The notes under the pieces are model-generated. The model had not been told where the DNA came from. It saw nothing but the letters and a program-made list of their open reading frames with translations, and made no database searches. Both the position numbers and the translations under genes were made by a program. Shown here piece by piece: positions 1-11,529 of a DNA stretch of 64,000 nt (within the stretch, counting starts at the first letter, position 1; each line of letters starts with the position of its first letter). Origin of the DNA: Gemmatimonas sp. GTDB lineage: Bacteria > Gemmatimonadota > Gemmatimonadetes > Gemmatimonadales > Gemmatimonadaceae. The DNA lies in contig OZ257156.1 of the NCBI GenBank assembly GCA_965279375.1, positions 5,056,001 through 5,120,000 of the forward strand, written 5' to 3'.

Positions 1-195
1 TTTGTAGCGCGCATTGCCATCGGCGGTGTAACGGCAGAAATCTCGCCGCCGAGTGCGCTTCTTGTGGCTGGTTACTGGGGCTAACTTGCGCGCCGAATTC
101 ACACTGTCGCGCGAATGGGCCCGCCCTTTCGTCGATGAGACCTCAGATCGCCGCGCGGCGACGGGCACCAGCGCCCGTCCCGGGGGGGGACCCCG

Positions 196-1613
196 ATGAC
201 GCCACCCCGTTCGAACGAAAAACGGCCGCTCGCGGCGCTGCTGGTCCCCGACATCCTCGAGCTGCTCGAGGAGGCGCCGGCGAGCATCGGTCGCAGACCG
301 AGGAGATGCATCCCGCAGACTTGGCCGACTTGGCCGAGGCGCTGCCGGAGGAGCACGTCCGTGCGTTTTTGTTCGCGCTCCCGAAGGAGCGCGCGGCCGA
401 GGTGCTCGAGTACCTCGATGAAGAGCTGCGGACGCAGGTCCTCGAGGAGCTGACGGCCGGCGAAGCGGCGTCGATCGTCGCGGAAATGACGCCGGACGAG
501 CGCGCGGACGCGCTCGAGGAGTTGGACGAAGAGACCGCCGACGACATCCTCTCCGAGCTGGGCGCCGAAGCGCAGGCGGAGACGGAGCGGCTGCTCGAGT
601 ACGATCCGTACACGGCAGGTGGTCTGATGACGACCGAGTTCGTCTCGGTCGCGGAGAACCTGACCGTCGAGGAAGCGCTGCGCTCCGTGCGGACCATGGC
701 GCGCGCCGGTCGACGGGAGGCGATGTACACCATCTACACCACCGACCAGAACGGGCGACTGCGCGGGGTGCTCTCGCTGCGCGAGCTGTTGGCAGCCCCG
801 GAAGGTGGGCGCATGGTGGACCTGGCGTGGAGCGATGTCGTCAGCGTCTCCCCGGAGATGTTGCAGGAAGAAGTGTCGCAGGTGACGTCCAACTACGACC
901 TTGTGGCGCTGCCCGTGGTGGACACCGAGGGGCGGCTGCTCGGCGTGGTGACGGTGGACGACGTTATCGACGTCATTCAGGAAGAGCAGACGGAAGACGT
1001 CCAGAAGATGGGCGGTATGGAAGCGCTCGAAGAGCCGTACATGCAAATCGGGTTGCTGCAGAACGTACGGAAGCGCGCGGGCTGGCTGTCAGTGCTGGCC
1101 GTCAGCGAGATGCTCACTGCCTCGGCGATGGCGCACTACGAAGGCGAAATCGCCAAGGCCGCGTTGCTCGCACAGTTCATTCCGCTGGTGATGAGCTCCG
1201 GCGGTAACTCGGGGTCGCAGGCTACCTCGCTCATCATCCGGGCGATGGCGCTGGGCGAGGTGCGTGTTCGGGACTGGTACAAGGTCGTCATGCGCGAGTT
1301 GCCGGCCGGCATCATTCTCGGGATGATCCTTGGACTACTGGCCGTGACGCGCATCCTCGTGTGGCATTGGCTCGGGCTGTATGACTACGGCGAGCACTTT
1401 GGACGGATCGCCGCAACCATCGGGCTGACGCTCGTGGGCATCGTGACCTTCGGTTCGCTGACCGGCTCGATGTTGCCGTTCGTGCTCAAGCGGCTGGGCT
1501 TCGACCCAGCGAGCGCGAGTGCACCGTTCGTCGCCACGCTCGTGGACGTGACCGGCATCAGCATCTACTTCAGTGTGGCGTACCTGGTGTTGAGCGGTTC
1601 GCTACTCAAGTGA
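196..1613 (+). CDS. mgtE: Magnesium transporter MgtE (N-terminal domain, CBS pair, membrane domain); apparent 1-bp frameshift near 290
   Basis: MHPADLAD, TAGGLMTTEF, LPVVD..GRLLGVVTVDDV, GGNSGSQ, DPASASAPFVATLVD motifs. ATG at 196 follows GGGGGA and reads MTPPRSNEKRPLAALLVPDILELLEEAPASI in another frame until about 290. Confidence 0.9.
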
Positions 1614-2533
1614 CCGCTCCCAGTGAGGACGCGCGGCGGAAGACGCTGCGCGCGACGCTCCTGGTGGTCTTGAGTGCCTGCTGCTTCGGGTCCGTATCGC
1701 CGCTGACTGTGCTGGCGTTGCGCGGCGGTGCCTCGCTCGAGGCGGTGCAGACCTGGCGATATGCGACGACCGCCGTGGCGTTGATCGCCTGGGCCGCTTG
1801 GACGCGAGTCCCTGTCCCGGAGGATTCGTCCAAACGGTGGTGGAATCCGCGGCTGATGCTCATCGCCGGCGGTGGACAGACGATGGTGGCCACGCTGGCA
1901 CTGTCCGCCATCAAGTTCATTCCGGCCGCGACCGAGGCGTTCCTCTTCTACACGTTCCCGGCGTGGGTCGCGATCATCACCGCCGTTCGAGGCATTGAGA
2001 AGCTGGACCGGGCGCGGGTAATCGCCCTGCTCATGGCGCTGGGCGGCATCTCGTTCATGGTGGGCGCGCCGAGTGCGGGATCGCTCAATCCCATCGGCGT
2101 GGCGATGGCGCTGAGTGCCGCGGTGGTCTACGCGATCTACATCCCGGTGCTGGGCGAACTGCAGCGCACACGCCCCGCGCTCGATGTCTCCCGGGCGATC
2201 GCCGTGGGGGGCACAGTGCTGTTCGCCATCTGGGCGCTGGCGACGGGGACGCTGACGTCGCATCTGGACGCGCTGACGATCGGCTCGGCGGTGCTTCAGG
2301 GGCTGCTGTCGGCGGGGGCATTTCTGGGCTTTCTGGCCGGGCTGAAGAACCTCGGGCCGGTGCGCACCGCAATCACGTCCACGGTGGAGCCCTTCTGGAC
2401 CGCCCTCCTCGGCGTGCTGATGCTCGACCAGCCGATCGGCCCCGGCACGCTGCTGGGCGGGGCGGCGATCATGGGGGCCGTCCTGCTGTTGCAGCGCCCG
2501 CACGTGTCCTCAGCCCCATTACATTCGTCCTGA
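1610..2533 (+). CDS. DMT/EamA family transporter
   Basis: About 10 hydrophobic segments, duplicated EamA pattern ([19 protein letters not shown]), GTGA overlap with mgtE stop. Confidence 0.85.
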   Translation: MTAPSEDARRKTLRATLLVVLSACCFGSVSPLTVLALRGGASLEAVQTWRYATTAVALIAWAAWTRVPVPEDSSKRWWNPRLMLIAGGGQTMVATLALSAIKFIPAATEAFLFYTFPAWVAIITAVRGIEKLDRARVIALLMALGGISFMVGAPSAGSLNPIGVAMALSAAVVYAIYIPVLGELQRTRPALDVSRAIAVGGTVLFAIWALATGTLTSHLDALTIGSAVLQGLLSAGAFLGFLAGLKNLGPVRTAITSTVEPFWTALLGVLMLDQPIGPGTLLGGAAIMGAVLLLQRPHVSSAPLHSS

Positions 2534-2580
2534 GCACGCAGGCGTGTCCGTTCTGGGCGCGCGTCCTTTTGAGGGATGGC

Positions 2581-3597
2581 ATGGCGAAAATTCTGGTAAC
2601 CGGCGCGGCAGGCTTCATCGGCTCCCACACCAGCCAGCGGCTCCTGGCGCGTGGCGACGAGGTTGTCGGCCTCGACAACCTGAACGATTACTACGATCCG
2701 ACGCTGAAGGACGCGCGGTTGGCGCGACTCGTCGGACAGCCTGGCTTTCGGTTCGTGCGCATGGAGCTCGCTGATCGGGCGGGCATTGAATCGCTCTTCA
2801 AGAACGAGCGATTCGATCGGGTGATCCACCTCGCGGCGCAAGCCGGGGTGCGGTACTCGCTGACCAATCCGCACGCCTATATCGACAGCAACATCGTCGG
2901 CTTTCTGCACATCCTCGAAGGATGCCGCCACCACGGGGTGCAGCATCTGACGTATGCCTCGTCGTCGAGCGTGTACGGCGCCAACACGGCCATGCCGTTC
3001 TCCGTGCACCAGAACGTCGACCATCCGGTGTCGCTCTACGCGGCGACGAAGAAGGCGAACGAGTTGATGGCGCACACGTACAGCCATCTGTACGGGCTGC
3101 CGACCACCGGGCTGCGGTTCTTCACCGTGTACGGTCCGTGGGGCCGCCCGGACATGGCGATGTTCCTGTTCACCAAGGCGATTCTCGAAGGGCGACCGAT
3201 CGACGTGTTCAATCACGGCAAGATGCGTCGCGACTTCACGTACATCGACGACATCGTCGAGGGTGTGATCCGCACGAGCGATCACACGGCGCCATCCAAC
3301 CCCGATTGGGATTCCGATGCACCCGACTCCGCGACGAGCAAAGCACCGTACCGACTGTACAACATCGGCAACAACAATCCGGTCGAACTGATGCACCTGA
3401 TTCGCACCGTCGAATCGGAGCTGGGGCGTGTGGCCGAGAAAAACATGCTGGACCTGCAGCCGGGCGACGTGCCGGCCACGTACGCGGATGTCGACGCGCT
3501 CGTGAAGGACGTGGGCTTCGCACCGAAGACGCCGATCGAGGTCGGCGTGCGGAATTTCGTCGCGTGGTATCGCGACTTCTACGGCATCAGCGCGTAA
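2581..3597 (+). CDS. NAD-dependent epimerase (UDP-glucuronate 4-epimerase-like)
   Basis: [54 protein letters not shown]. Confidence 0.92.
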   Translation: MAKILVTGAAGFIGSHTSQRLLARGDEVVGLDNLNDYYDPTLKDARLARLVGQPGFRFVRMELADRAGIESLFKNERFDRVIHLAAQAGVRYSLTNPHAYIDSNIVGFLHILEGCRHHGVQHLTYASSSSVYGANTAMPFSVHQNVDHPVSLYAATKKANELMAHTYSHLYGLPTTGLRFFTVYGPWGRPDMAMFLFTKAILEGRPIDVFNHGKMRRDFTYIDDIVEGVIRTSDHTAPSNPDWDSDAPDSATSKAPYRLYNIGNNNPVELMHLIRTVESELGRVAEKNMLDLQPGDVPATYADVDALVKDVGFAPKTPIEVGVRNFVAWYRDFYGISA

Positions 3598-3604
3598 TCG
3601 CACC

Positions 3605-4909
3605 ATGAAGATCGCCATGATTGGTACCGGGTACGTCGGACTGGTGTCCGGTGCCTGCTTCGCCGAGTTCGGTCCGTACGTGACCTGCGTGGATCTGGAT
3701 CAGGGCAAAATCGATCGCCTGCGTAATGGACAGATTCCCATTTACGAACCGGGTCTCGAGGAGCTGGTCGCGAAGGGGATCAAGTCCGGTCGGCTCGATT
3801 TCACGACGGACCTCGCCGCTGCCGTCGCCGGCGCCGACGCAGTGTTCATCGCCGTCGGCACACCGTCGCGTCGTGGTGATGGACACGCAGACCTGCGCTT
3901 TGTGGAAGCGGCGGCGGCAGACATCGCGCGCGCGATGACTGGCTATACGGTCGTGGTCACCAAGAGCACGGTGCCCGTCGGTACGGGCCGTCGCGTGGCC
4001 AAGATCATCAAGGAGACGAACCCGTCTGCCGATTTCGATGTGGCGTCGAACCCGGAGTTTCTGCGCGAAGGCTCGGCGATCGGTGACTTCATGCGTCCGG
4101 ATCGCGTGGTGATCGGTGCGGAGACCAAGCGCGCACAGGATGTGATGCAGGAGCTCTATCGTCCGCTCTATCTGGCGGAAACACCGATCGTGATGACCAC
4201 GCTGGAGACGGCGGAGCTGACGAAGTACGCGGCCAACGCGTTCCTCGCGACCAAGATCACGTTCATCAATGAGATCGCCGATCTCTGCGAGAAGGTCGGG
4301 GCGAACGTGCAGGACGTCTCGCGTGGCATGGGACTCGACGGACGCATCGGGAAGAAGTTCCTGCATGCCGGACCTGGCTACGGCGGTTCCTGCTTCCCCA
4401 AGGACACGCTGGCTCTCGTGCGCACGGCACAGGAGTACGGTTCGCCCGCGCGTATCGTCGAGACGGTGGTGGCTGTGAACGACACGCGAAAGGGCGCCAT
4501 GGCGACGCGAGTGATCGCAGCTGCCGGCGGTAGTCTGCGCGGCAAGACGGTTGGCGTGCTGGGCGTCGCGTTCAAGCCCAACACGGATGACATGCGCGAT
4601 GCACCCAGTCTGGCAATCGTACCCGCGCTGCAGGATGCAGGTGCGACCGTGCGTGCGTTCGATCCGGCCGCGATGCATGAAGCCAAGTCGCTCCTCCCCA
4701 ACGTGATCTGGTGCGAAGGTCCGTACGAGGTCGCACAGGGCGCCGACGTGCTGGTGCTCATCACGGAGTGGAACGAGTTCCGCGCTCTCGATCTCAAGCA
4801 GATCGCCGAAGCGATGAAGGAGCCGGTGCTGGTGGACCTGCGCAACGTCTATCGTCCGGACGATGTGCGCGCAGCCGGTTTCCGCTACAGCAGCATCGGA
4901 CGCGTCTGA
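3605..4909 (+). CDS. ugd: UDP-glucose 6-dehydrogenase
   Basis: MKIAMIGTGYVGLV, KSTVPVGT, NPEFLREG, GYGGSCFPKD, FKPNTDDMR. Confidence 0.95.
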   Translation: MKIAMIGTGYVGLVSGACFAEFGPYVTCVDLDQGKIDRLRNGQIPIYEPGLEELVAKGIKSGRLDFTTDLAAAVAGADAVFIAVGTPSRRGDGHADLRFVEAAAADIARAMTGYTVVVTKSTVPVGTGRRVAKIIKETNPSADFDVASNPEFLREGSAIGDFMRPDRVVIGAETKRAQDVMQELYRPLYLAETPIVMTTLETAELTKYAANAFLATKITFINEIADLCEKVGANVQDVSRGMGLDGRIGKKFLHAGPGYGGSCFPKDTLALVRTAQEYGSPARIVETVVAVNDTRKGAMATRVIAAAGGSLRGKTVGVLGVAFKPNTDDMRDAPSLAIVPALQDAGATVRAFDPAAMHEAKSLLPNVIWCEGPYEVAQGADVLVLITEWNEFRALDLKQIAEAMKEPVLVDLRNVYRPDDVRAAGFRYSSIGRV

Positions 4910-4966
4910 CCTGACGCAGTCGCGGCAAACGACGTCTGTGCAATGCGCGCGGTGGCTCTTCGGATG

Positions 4967-5857
4967 CTACCGCGCGCGCTTGCTTCGCGGGCTGTTGAGC
5001 AGCCCGTGGAGATACGCGCCATAGTCGTTGCGACCGTGCGCCTCGGCCAACTCCTGCAACGCGTCGTCGCCGATCCACCCCTGGCGCCACGCGACCTCTT
5101 CCGGCACGCCGACCTTGAGCCCCTGCCTCTTCTCCAACGTCTCCACGTAGCTGGACGCTTCGAGCAGCGATTCGACGGTGCCGGTGTCCAGCCACGCAAA
5201 GCCACGACCGAGTAGCTCGATCTGCAGCGTGCCACGCGTGAGGTACGCCGAGATGACGTCGGTGATTTCGAGTTCGCCGCGCGCCGAAGGCGTGAGCTGT
5301 GATGCGATGTCGCTCACCTCGGCGTCGAAGAAGTAGAGCCCCGTGATTGCGTAGTTGGAGCGCGGCACGGCCGGCTTCTCTTCCACACCGATCACGCGAC
5401 CGTCCTCGCCAAGTTCCGCGACGCCATAGCGCTCGGGATTGCGCACGTGGTAACCGAAGATCGTCGCACCGGTGTGACGCGCGTCGGCCTGCCGCAACTT
5501 CTCGATCAGTCCATCGCCGTGGAAGATGTTGTCGCCCAGCACGAGCGTGGCCGGCGCTCCGCCAAGAAACTCGCGACCGATGATGAACGCCTGCGCGAGT
5601 CCTTCAGGGCGCGGCTGCGCCTCGTAGCTGAGCGAGAGTCCCCACTGACTGCCGTCGCCCAGCAGCGACTGAAACAGCACCTGTTCGTGCGGGGTCGTGA
5701 TGATCAGGATGTCGCGAATGCGCGCGTACATCAGAGTGCTGAGCGCGTAGTAGATCATCGGCTTGTCGTACACGGGGAGCAGCTGCTTGCTCACAGCGCG
5801 TGTGATCGGCCACAGCCGACTGCCCGTGCCGCCCGCCAACACGATGCCCTTTCTCAT
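4967..5857 (-). CDS. rmlA: Glucose-1-phosphate thymidylyltransferase
   Basis: [50 protein letters not shown] overlap with rmlB stop. Confidence 0.95.
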   Translation of the reverse strand: MRKGIVLAGGTGSRLWPITRAVSKQLLPVYDKPMIYYALSTLMYARIRDILIITTPHEQVLFQSLLGDGSQWGLSLSYEAQPRPEGLAQAFIIGREFLGGAPATLVLGDNIFHGDGLIEKLRQADARHTGATIFGYHVRNPERYGVAELGEDGRVIGVEEKPAVPRSNYAITGLYFFDAEVSDIASQLTPSARGELEITDVISAYLTRGTLQIELLGRGFAWLDTGTVESLLEASSYVETLEKRQGLKVGVPEEVAWRQGWIGDDALQELAEAHGRNDYGAYLHGLLNSPRSKRAR

Positions 5858-6921
5858 GCGGAGGCTCCCAGCCCAAGTCGTTCGCCGCGGTACGCGCCAC
5901 GCGTCATCGTTTCCACCCACGGTTGATGATCGAGATACCACTGCACCGTCGCGCGCAGTCCTTCCTCGAAACGGTGCGCTGGCTTCCACTGCAACTCGTG
6001 TTCGATGCGCGTCGGATCGATCGCATAGCGGCGGTCGTGTCCCGGACGATCGGCCACGAAGGTGATCAGCGACTCGTGCGTGCCTGACGCACGAGGACGC
6101 AGCTCGTCCATGATGCGGCAGATGTTCTGCACCACCGAGAGGTTGCTGCGCTCGGCGCGCGCACCGACGGCGTAGGTCTCGCCGCACGCTCCGTTTGTTG
6201 CCACCACGCGAAGCGCCCGGGCATGATCGTCCACATGCAGCCAGTCGCGCACCTGCTGACCGTCGCCGTACACGGGTATCGCTTCGCCGCGCAGCGCCTT
6301 GCCGATCGTGAGCGGAATCAGCTTCTCGGGAAACTGACAGGGCCCATAGTTGTTACTGCAATTGGTCACGAGCACCGGCAGACGATACGTACGATGCCAT
6401 GCGCGCACGAGATGATCCGCTGCGGCCTTGCTGGCAGCATACGGCGAGCTCGGATCGTATGGCGTCGCCTCGGTGAAGGCCGACGAGTTTGACGCGTCGC
6501 CGAAGACTTCATCGGTGGAGACATGCAGCAGGCGAAACGCCGCCGACTCGTCGTCCGACAGCGTCTGCCAGTAACGGCGCGTTTCCTCGAGTAGCGTGTA
6601 AGTGCCTATCACATTCGTCTGCAGAAACGCAGCCGGTCCGTCGATCGAACGATCCACGTGGGTCTCTGCGGCCAGATGGACCACCACCTGTGGTCTGTGC
6701 GTGGCCAGCAGTGCGCGTACCGCTGCGGCATCAACGATGTCCACCCGCGCGAAGTGATGGCGCGGACTCGATGCCGCCTCGCCGAGCGATGAGAGGCTGC
6801 CGGCGTAGGTGAGCGCATCCACGTTCAGCACGGTGTGCGGCGTCTCGTCGATCAGTTGACGCACGAGCGCCGATCCGATGAATCCGGCGCCACCCGTGAC
6901 CATCCAGCGATGCGTCGTCAC
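5854..6921 (-). CDS. rmlB: dTDP-glucose 4,6-dehydratase
   Basis: [59 protein letters not shown]. Confidence 0.95.
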   Translation of the reverse strand: MTTHRWMVTGGAGFIGSALVRQLIDETPHTVLNVDALTYAGSLSSLGEAASSPRHHFARVDIVDAAAVRALLATHRPQVVVHLAAETHVDRSIDGPAAFLQTNVIGTYTLLEETRRYWQTLSDDESAAFRLLHVSTDEVFGDASNSSAFTEATPYDPSSPYAASKAAADHLVRAWHRTYRLPVLVTNCSNNYGPCQFPEKLIPLTIGKALRGEAIPVYGDGQQVRDWLHVDDHARALRVVATNGACGETYAVGARAERSNLSVVQNICRIMDELRPRASGTHESLITFVADRPGHDRRYAIDPTRIEHELQWKPAHRFEEGLRATVQWYLDHQPWVETMTRGAYRGERLGLGASA

Positions 6922-6924
6922 CGT

Positions 6925-7674
6925 TCAGTGCCCCAACCGCTTCTGTTCTTCGCGATCCCGGTCCGATCGCACAACTGCGACGAACCCCAGCAGTGCCACC
7001 GTTGCGAACGCGAACCACTGGTACGCATACGACTGGTGTGAGCCTTCGCTTTGCGATGGCGGCGGGATGCGCGTGGGCTTGGTGATGTCACGCATGGTGG
7101 TGTCGCCGAGGGCCAGCAGGACGAAGGGCGCAAGCGGACGGTGCATCATCGCGGCGAGCGTATCGCGGTCGAGCACACGAACGGCGCGTGGCGCCGACGG
7201 CATGACCACCGCGCCCGTGGTCGCCGGAGGGAACTCCGTCACGAGTGCATCGATGTCCAACGTATCGGCATCGCGCGCCTTTGCCCAATCGACTGTGCGT
7301 CCATCGGGCGCATAGAGATAGCCACGCAGCACGAGAATCGCGGTGTCGCCCCACGCGCCATCGAGCGGTCGAACGGGTGTGAGCAGATGCACCCCAGGCG
7401 AACCTGCCTGCGAGCGTGTGGCGTGCACGAGCTCGGCGTCATAGTCGGCCACGCCACGCAGGGTGACATGTCGCCAGTGCGTCGCGCTGGTGTCCTGTCC
7501 CGCGAGCGTGCTGATGGAGACCGGCGCCGCTGCGGTGCGCGCGAGCACGAGCGCGTTGGACGCACGGCGTTGCGCGAGTCGATCCAGCTGCCAGAACCCC
7601 AGACGTACACACACGCCGGCGATCAGCACGATCGCCACCCCGAACAGCTTGGTCCGGGTAGACATCCGACTCAC
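6925..7674 (-). CDS. SURF1/Shy1 family membrane protein
   Basis: LGFWQLDR near the N-terminus, LTP and VLRGY in the middle, HQSYAYQWFAFA before the C-terminal TM. Confidence 0.85.
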   Translation of the reverse strand: MSRMSTRTKLFGVAIVLIAGVCVRLGFWQLDRLAQRRASNALVLARTAAAPVSISTLAGQDTSATHWRHVTLRGVADYDAELVHATRSQAGSPGVHLLTPVRPLDGAWGDTAILVLRGYLYAPDGRTVDWAKARDADTLDIDALVTEFPPATTGAVVMPSAPRAVRVLDRDTLAAMMHRPLAPFVLLALGDTTMRDITKPTRIPPPSQSEGSHQSYAYQWFAFATVALLGFVAVVRSDRDREEQKRLGH

Positions 7675-10412
7675 GCGCTACCCTCGCCTTCATCTGCCTT
7701 CGGAGTGCGACGTCGCGCCTTCGGCGCCGGTGGCACCTCAGCCGCTGCCTTCTTGCGCGCAGCTGCCTTTGCAGCCTTGGCGCGCGCGACGGAATCCATC
7801 GGCGCGTCGGGTGCCGGCGTCGCTTCCGTCTTCGCTGCCTTCTTCAGCGCTTTGGTGCTGTCCTTGGCTGGTGCCTTTCGGTCGTTCTTGATCCCGTTCT
7901 TGCGCTCGCTCTTGCTCTCACTCTTCTCCGCCGCCTTGGTCGTGGGCTTGCTGGAAGACTCCACCGACTTGGCCGGCTTTGGCGCCTTCGGACTCTTGTC
8001 GTTCTTGGCACTCTTGGCGCCCTTGGTCGATTTCTTCGCCTTGGGCGCTGCAGACTTGGGTACGGCGGAAGCATCGGCCACGACGTCACCCCGCGCATCC
8101 GGTAGCAGTTCCTTCAGCACTTCCATCACGTCGACCTCGCCGGCGTTCTCGTGCTCCACCTCGTCGGCAAGCTCGGCGTCCGTGAACAGCACCACCATGC
8201 TGAGCGGCGGCAGCGCGAGCACCATCGACTGCGCGAAGCCGTGGTACGGCACGTCCTCGGTTGTCACCTGTGCCGGCACCGAGAAACCGCTGCCGCCAAA
8301 CGACTCGTCGTCGCTGTTGAGCGCATAGCGATAGGTCCCCGCACGCGGTGCGCCCATGCGATACTCGTTGCGAGGCACTGGCGTCAGATTGAGCGCTACC
8401 ACCGCGTGCTGCGCGCCATCGAATCGCGCGTACGACAGCACCGACTGTTCGCGATCGTCCACCGCAATCCAGCCAAAGCCCGACGGCTCGTGATCGCGTC
8501 GCCAGAAGCAGGAGTTCGTGTTGTAGAGCGCGCCGAGCGCCTCGAGATAGGCATCGATGCCCTGACGACGCGGATCCTGCATGAGATGCCAGTCGAGACT
8601 CGCATCGTGGTTCCACTCGCGATTGGGCGCGAGTTCCGTACCCATGAAGAAGAGCGACTTGCCCGGACGCGTGACGGAATAGCCGATCAATGCGCGAAGA
8701 TTGGCGAACCGCTGCCACGCATCGCCGGGCATCTTCTCCAGCAGCGACTTCTTGAGATGCACGACTTCATCGTGCGACAGCGGATTCATGAACCGTTCGC
8801 TGTACTCGTACATCATCGCGAACGTCAGCTTGTTGTGCGCACCCTTGCGGAAGAACGGATCGACACGGAAGTAGTCGAGCGTGTCATGCATCCACCCCAT
8901 GTTCCACTTGAAGGTGAAACCGAGTCCGCCTTCGGAGATGGGGTGCGTGACCTTGGGCCACGTCGTGCTCTCTTCGGCGATGGTGACCACACCTGGGTGC
9001 AGCGTCTGCACCGTGTGATTCAGCGTCTTGAGGAACGAGACCGCTTCCAGATTCTCGCGTCCACCATGTCGATTGCGCAGCCACTGCCCGGCTTCGCGGC
9101 CGTAGTCGAGATACAGCATCGAGGCGACCGCGTCGACACGCAGCCCGTCGATGTGGAACTCCTCGATCCAGTACAGCGCGTTCGCGAGCAGGAAGTTCCG
9201 CACTTCGTGCCGCGCGTAGTTGAAGATGTGCGTGCCCCACTCTGGATGGTCGCCCAATCGCGGGTCTTCGTGCTCGTAGCATGCGGTGCCATCGAAGCGA
9301 CGCAGCGCCCAATCGTCCTTGGGAAAGTGCGCGGGCACCCAATCGAGCAGCACGCCGATGCCCGCCTCGTGCATCGTATCGACGAACGAACGGAAATCAT
9401 CGGGTGAACCATGGCGCGACGTTGGCGCGAAGTAGCCACCCACCTGGTAGCCCCACGACCCACCGTACGGATGCTCCTGAATGGGAAGCAACTCGACGTG
9501 CGTGAAGCCCAGCCGCTTGACGTGTGCCGCGAGCCTCGGCGCGAGTTCGCCGTAGGTGAGGAGTCGGTTGTCTTCACCACGCATCCACGACGCGAGGTGC
9601 ACCTCGTACGCCAGCATCGGCTCGCGCACGGGGTCTGCGTCGGAGCGCCGCGCGAGCCACGTACCGTCGCGCCATTCGTGCTGACCGCGCTGCTGCACGA
9701 TGGACGCGTGGCCGGGTGACTGCTCCATCTTGGCGGCAAACGGATCGGTCTTGATGCGGATGCGGCCACTGAACGTGCGAATCTCGAACTTGTAGAGCAT
9801 GCCCGCGGACACACCCGGCACGAAAATCTCGAACACACCACTCGCGCCCAGCATACGCATCACATGCGCACGCCCATCCCAGCCGTTGAAGGGGCCAATC
9901 ACGGAAACACGCGTCGCATTCGGCGCCCACACAGCGAACGACGTGCCGGCCACGCCATCCATCACGCGCGGATGCGCGCCGAGCTTCTCCCACAAACGCA
10001 GGTGCCGCCCTTCGCCAAAGAGATGCAGGTCCATCTCGCCAAGCGTCGGCAGGAAACGATACGCATCGTCGTACGTTAGTTGCGTTCCGTCCGCGAGGGT
10101 GCACTCCAGCTGATACTGGAGGGGCAGCGGTCGCTCGGGAAGAAACGCCGAGAAGAGCTCACCGTACTCGCGAGTCATCTCATGTCGGGTGCCCCCTTCC
10201 AGCACCGCAAGCGCCTGCGCATGCGCGTGTCGCGCTCGCACGAGCACTCCGTTCACGCCGTCGCGCGACATGTGGTGAGCCCCGAGCACATCGTGCGGCG
10301 ATCGAGACTCGCCGCGCAGCAGTGCTGCCGCGACATCGGGCGGCAGTGACGGGAGCTGAGGTGCGGCGGACTCGGCGGTAGTGTCCGCGCTCTGGGATTC
10401 CGGAGAGGTCAT
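7671..10412 (-). CDS. glgB: 1,4-alpha-glucan branching enzyme with Lys/Ala-rich C-terminal extension
   Basis: FAVWAPNA, YEVHLASW, SWGYQ, LLDWVPAHFP, DGLRVDAVASM, IAEESTTWP, KWNMGWMHD, LSHDEVVH. Confidence 0.95.
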   Translation of the reverse strand: MTSPESQSADTTAESAAPQLPSLPPDVAAALLRGESRSPHDVLGAHHMSRDGVNGVLVRARHAHAQALAVLEGGTRHEMTREYGELFSAFLPERPLPLQYQLECTLADGTQLTYDDAYRFLPTLGEMDLHLFGEGRHLRLWEKLGAHPRVMDGVAGTSFAVWAPNATRVSVIGPFNGWDGRAHVMRMLGASGVFEIFVPGVSAGMLYKFEIRTFSGRIRIKTDPFAAKMEQSPGHASIVQQRGQHEWRDGTWLARRSDADPVREPMLAYEVHLASWMRGEDNRLLTYGELAPRLAAHVKRLGFTHVELLPIQEHPYGGSWGYQVGGYFAPTSRHGSPDDFRSFVDTMHEAGIGVLLDWVPAHFPKDDWALRRFDGTACYEHEDPRLGDHPEWGTHIFNYARHEVRNFLLANALYWIEEFHIDGLRVDAVASMLYLDYGREAGQWLRNRHGGRENLEAVSFLKTLNHTVQTLHPGVVTIAEESTTWPKVTHPISEGGLGFTFKWNMGWMHDTLDYFRVDPFFRKGAHNKLTFAMMYEYSERFMNPLSHDEVVHLKKSLLEKMPGDAWQRFANLRALIGYSVTRPGKSLFFMGTELAPNREWNHDASLDWHLMQDPRRQGIDAYLEALGALYNTNSCFWRRDHEPSGFGWIAVDDREQSVLSYARFDGAQHAVVALNLTPVPRNEYRMGAPRAGTYRYALNSDDESFGGSGFSVPAQVTTEDVPYHGFAQSMVLALPPLSMVVLFTDAELADEVEHENAGEVDVMEVLKELLPDARGDVVADASAVPKSAAPKAKKSTKGAKSAKNDKSPKAPKPAKSVESSSKPTTKAAEKSESKSERKNGIKNDRKAPAKDSTKALKKAAKTEATPAPDAPMDSVARAKAAKAAARKKAAAEVPPAPKARRRTPKADEGEGSA

Positions 10413-10460
10413 GCCAAAATGTAAGCCAAAAATGCCTCTCTGAAGAGCGTCAGCGCAGCA

Positions 10461-11321
10461 TCAGAAGAGCGACGGCTGCTCCCCGATGCTCGCGGGGTCC
10501 ACGATGCGAACGCCTAAACGCTCCTGCAGCATGCGCACCGACGCCGGACTGTGGCCGGCGAAGTGGTTGTTCACATAGCCGTACACCTCACGGACCTGCC
10601 CCTGCAGAATCGGGATCATCGCGGCCCATGCATCGAGTTCCGATGACCGATCGACCTGAAGCTGCGAGTAGTCGGTGATCGTGCGGTCGGGCCCCATCCA
10701 GCGCAGATAGCTGAAGTCCGCGGTTGGACGCTCGCACAGCTTGAGCAGCCAATCACGAGGGATCCATCGCCCGTCACTCAACGCCAATGCCACTCCACAC
10801 TCGCGCAGCATCGACAGCGTCTCCTTGCTGATCCACGCGCGCTGCCGAAACTCGATCGCGAATCGCACATCGCGTGGCAAGTCCGCGAGAAATGCACGCA
10901 ATGCATCGCGCTCCGCCGGCGCAAAGTCCGGTCCGCACTGAATCAGCACAGGCCCCAGCCTCGGCCCGAGTTCTCGTACACGATCGACGAACAGCGACAA
11001 GACATCAGTCGCATCAACGAAGCGTCGCTCGTGCGTGATCTCCTGCGGCAGCTTGAGCGAGAACGTGAATGACTCAGGCGTGCGCGAGGCCCATCCTCGC
11101 ACGGTGCTGACGGGCGGCACTGCATAGAACGTGGAGTCCACCTCCACCGTCTCGAACGCGCGTGCGAACGTGCGCAAAAAGTCGGAGGCACGCGTGCCGT
11201 CCGGATAGAAGGGCCCAACCCAGGACGCGTAGTTCCACCCCTGTGTGCCGAGACGCAGTCTCGCCAGTGCCTGCGTTGCGCGCTCCGCTGTGCTGTCCAC
11301 AGCGCTCAGTTCGTCGCTCAT
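10461..11321 (-). CDS. DUF72 family protein
   Basis: LGTQGWNY..WVGPFYP, VEVDSTFY, FSLKLPQEITHE, AIEFR, YVNNHFAG. Confidence 0.9.
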   Translation of the reverse strand: MSDELSAVDSTAERATQALARLRLGTQGWNYASWVGPFYPDGTRASDFLRTFARAFETVEVDSTFYAVPPVSTVRGWASRTPESFTFSLKLPQEITHERRFVDATDVLSLFVDRVRELGPRLGPVLIQCGPDFAPAERDALRAFLADLPRDVRFAIEFRQRAWISKETLSMLRECGVALALSDGRWIPRDWLLKLCERPTADFSYLRWMGPDRTITDYSQLQVDRSSELDAWAAMIPILQGQVREVYGYVNNHFAGHSPASVRMLQERLGVRIVDPASIGEQPSLF

Positions 11322-11529
11322 GTCACGAATCGTACCGCGTTGGATCACGAATCGACAGCGCGGCACCTCGCGTGGGCGGCCGTGCGGCGTCGCGGCAGCG
11401 GACAGACACCACGCTCCGCCGACTGTCCCGACGCTAAGACGTCCGATCCCGCAGCTGACACCGCGCAAATGACCCGGCGTATCCAAGAGAGTGAAGCAGG
11501 ACGCTGTTCACTTCTCTGGAGACACGACC

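Noticed and set aside
1..195. Mg-sensing (M-box) riboswitch or phase-variable G8 tract upstream of mgtE
   Set aside because: No recognisable riboswitch consensus; the G-run is most simply the RBS region
10461..11321. DUF72 as part of the DNA-damage locus
   Set aside because: 30 kb from imuA, and no TTCGG box seen upstream
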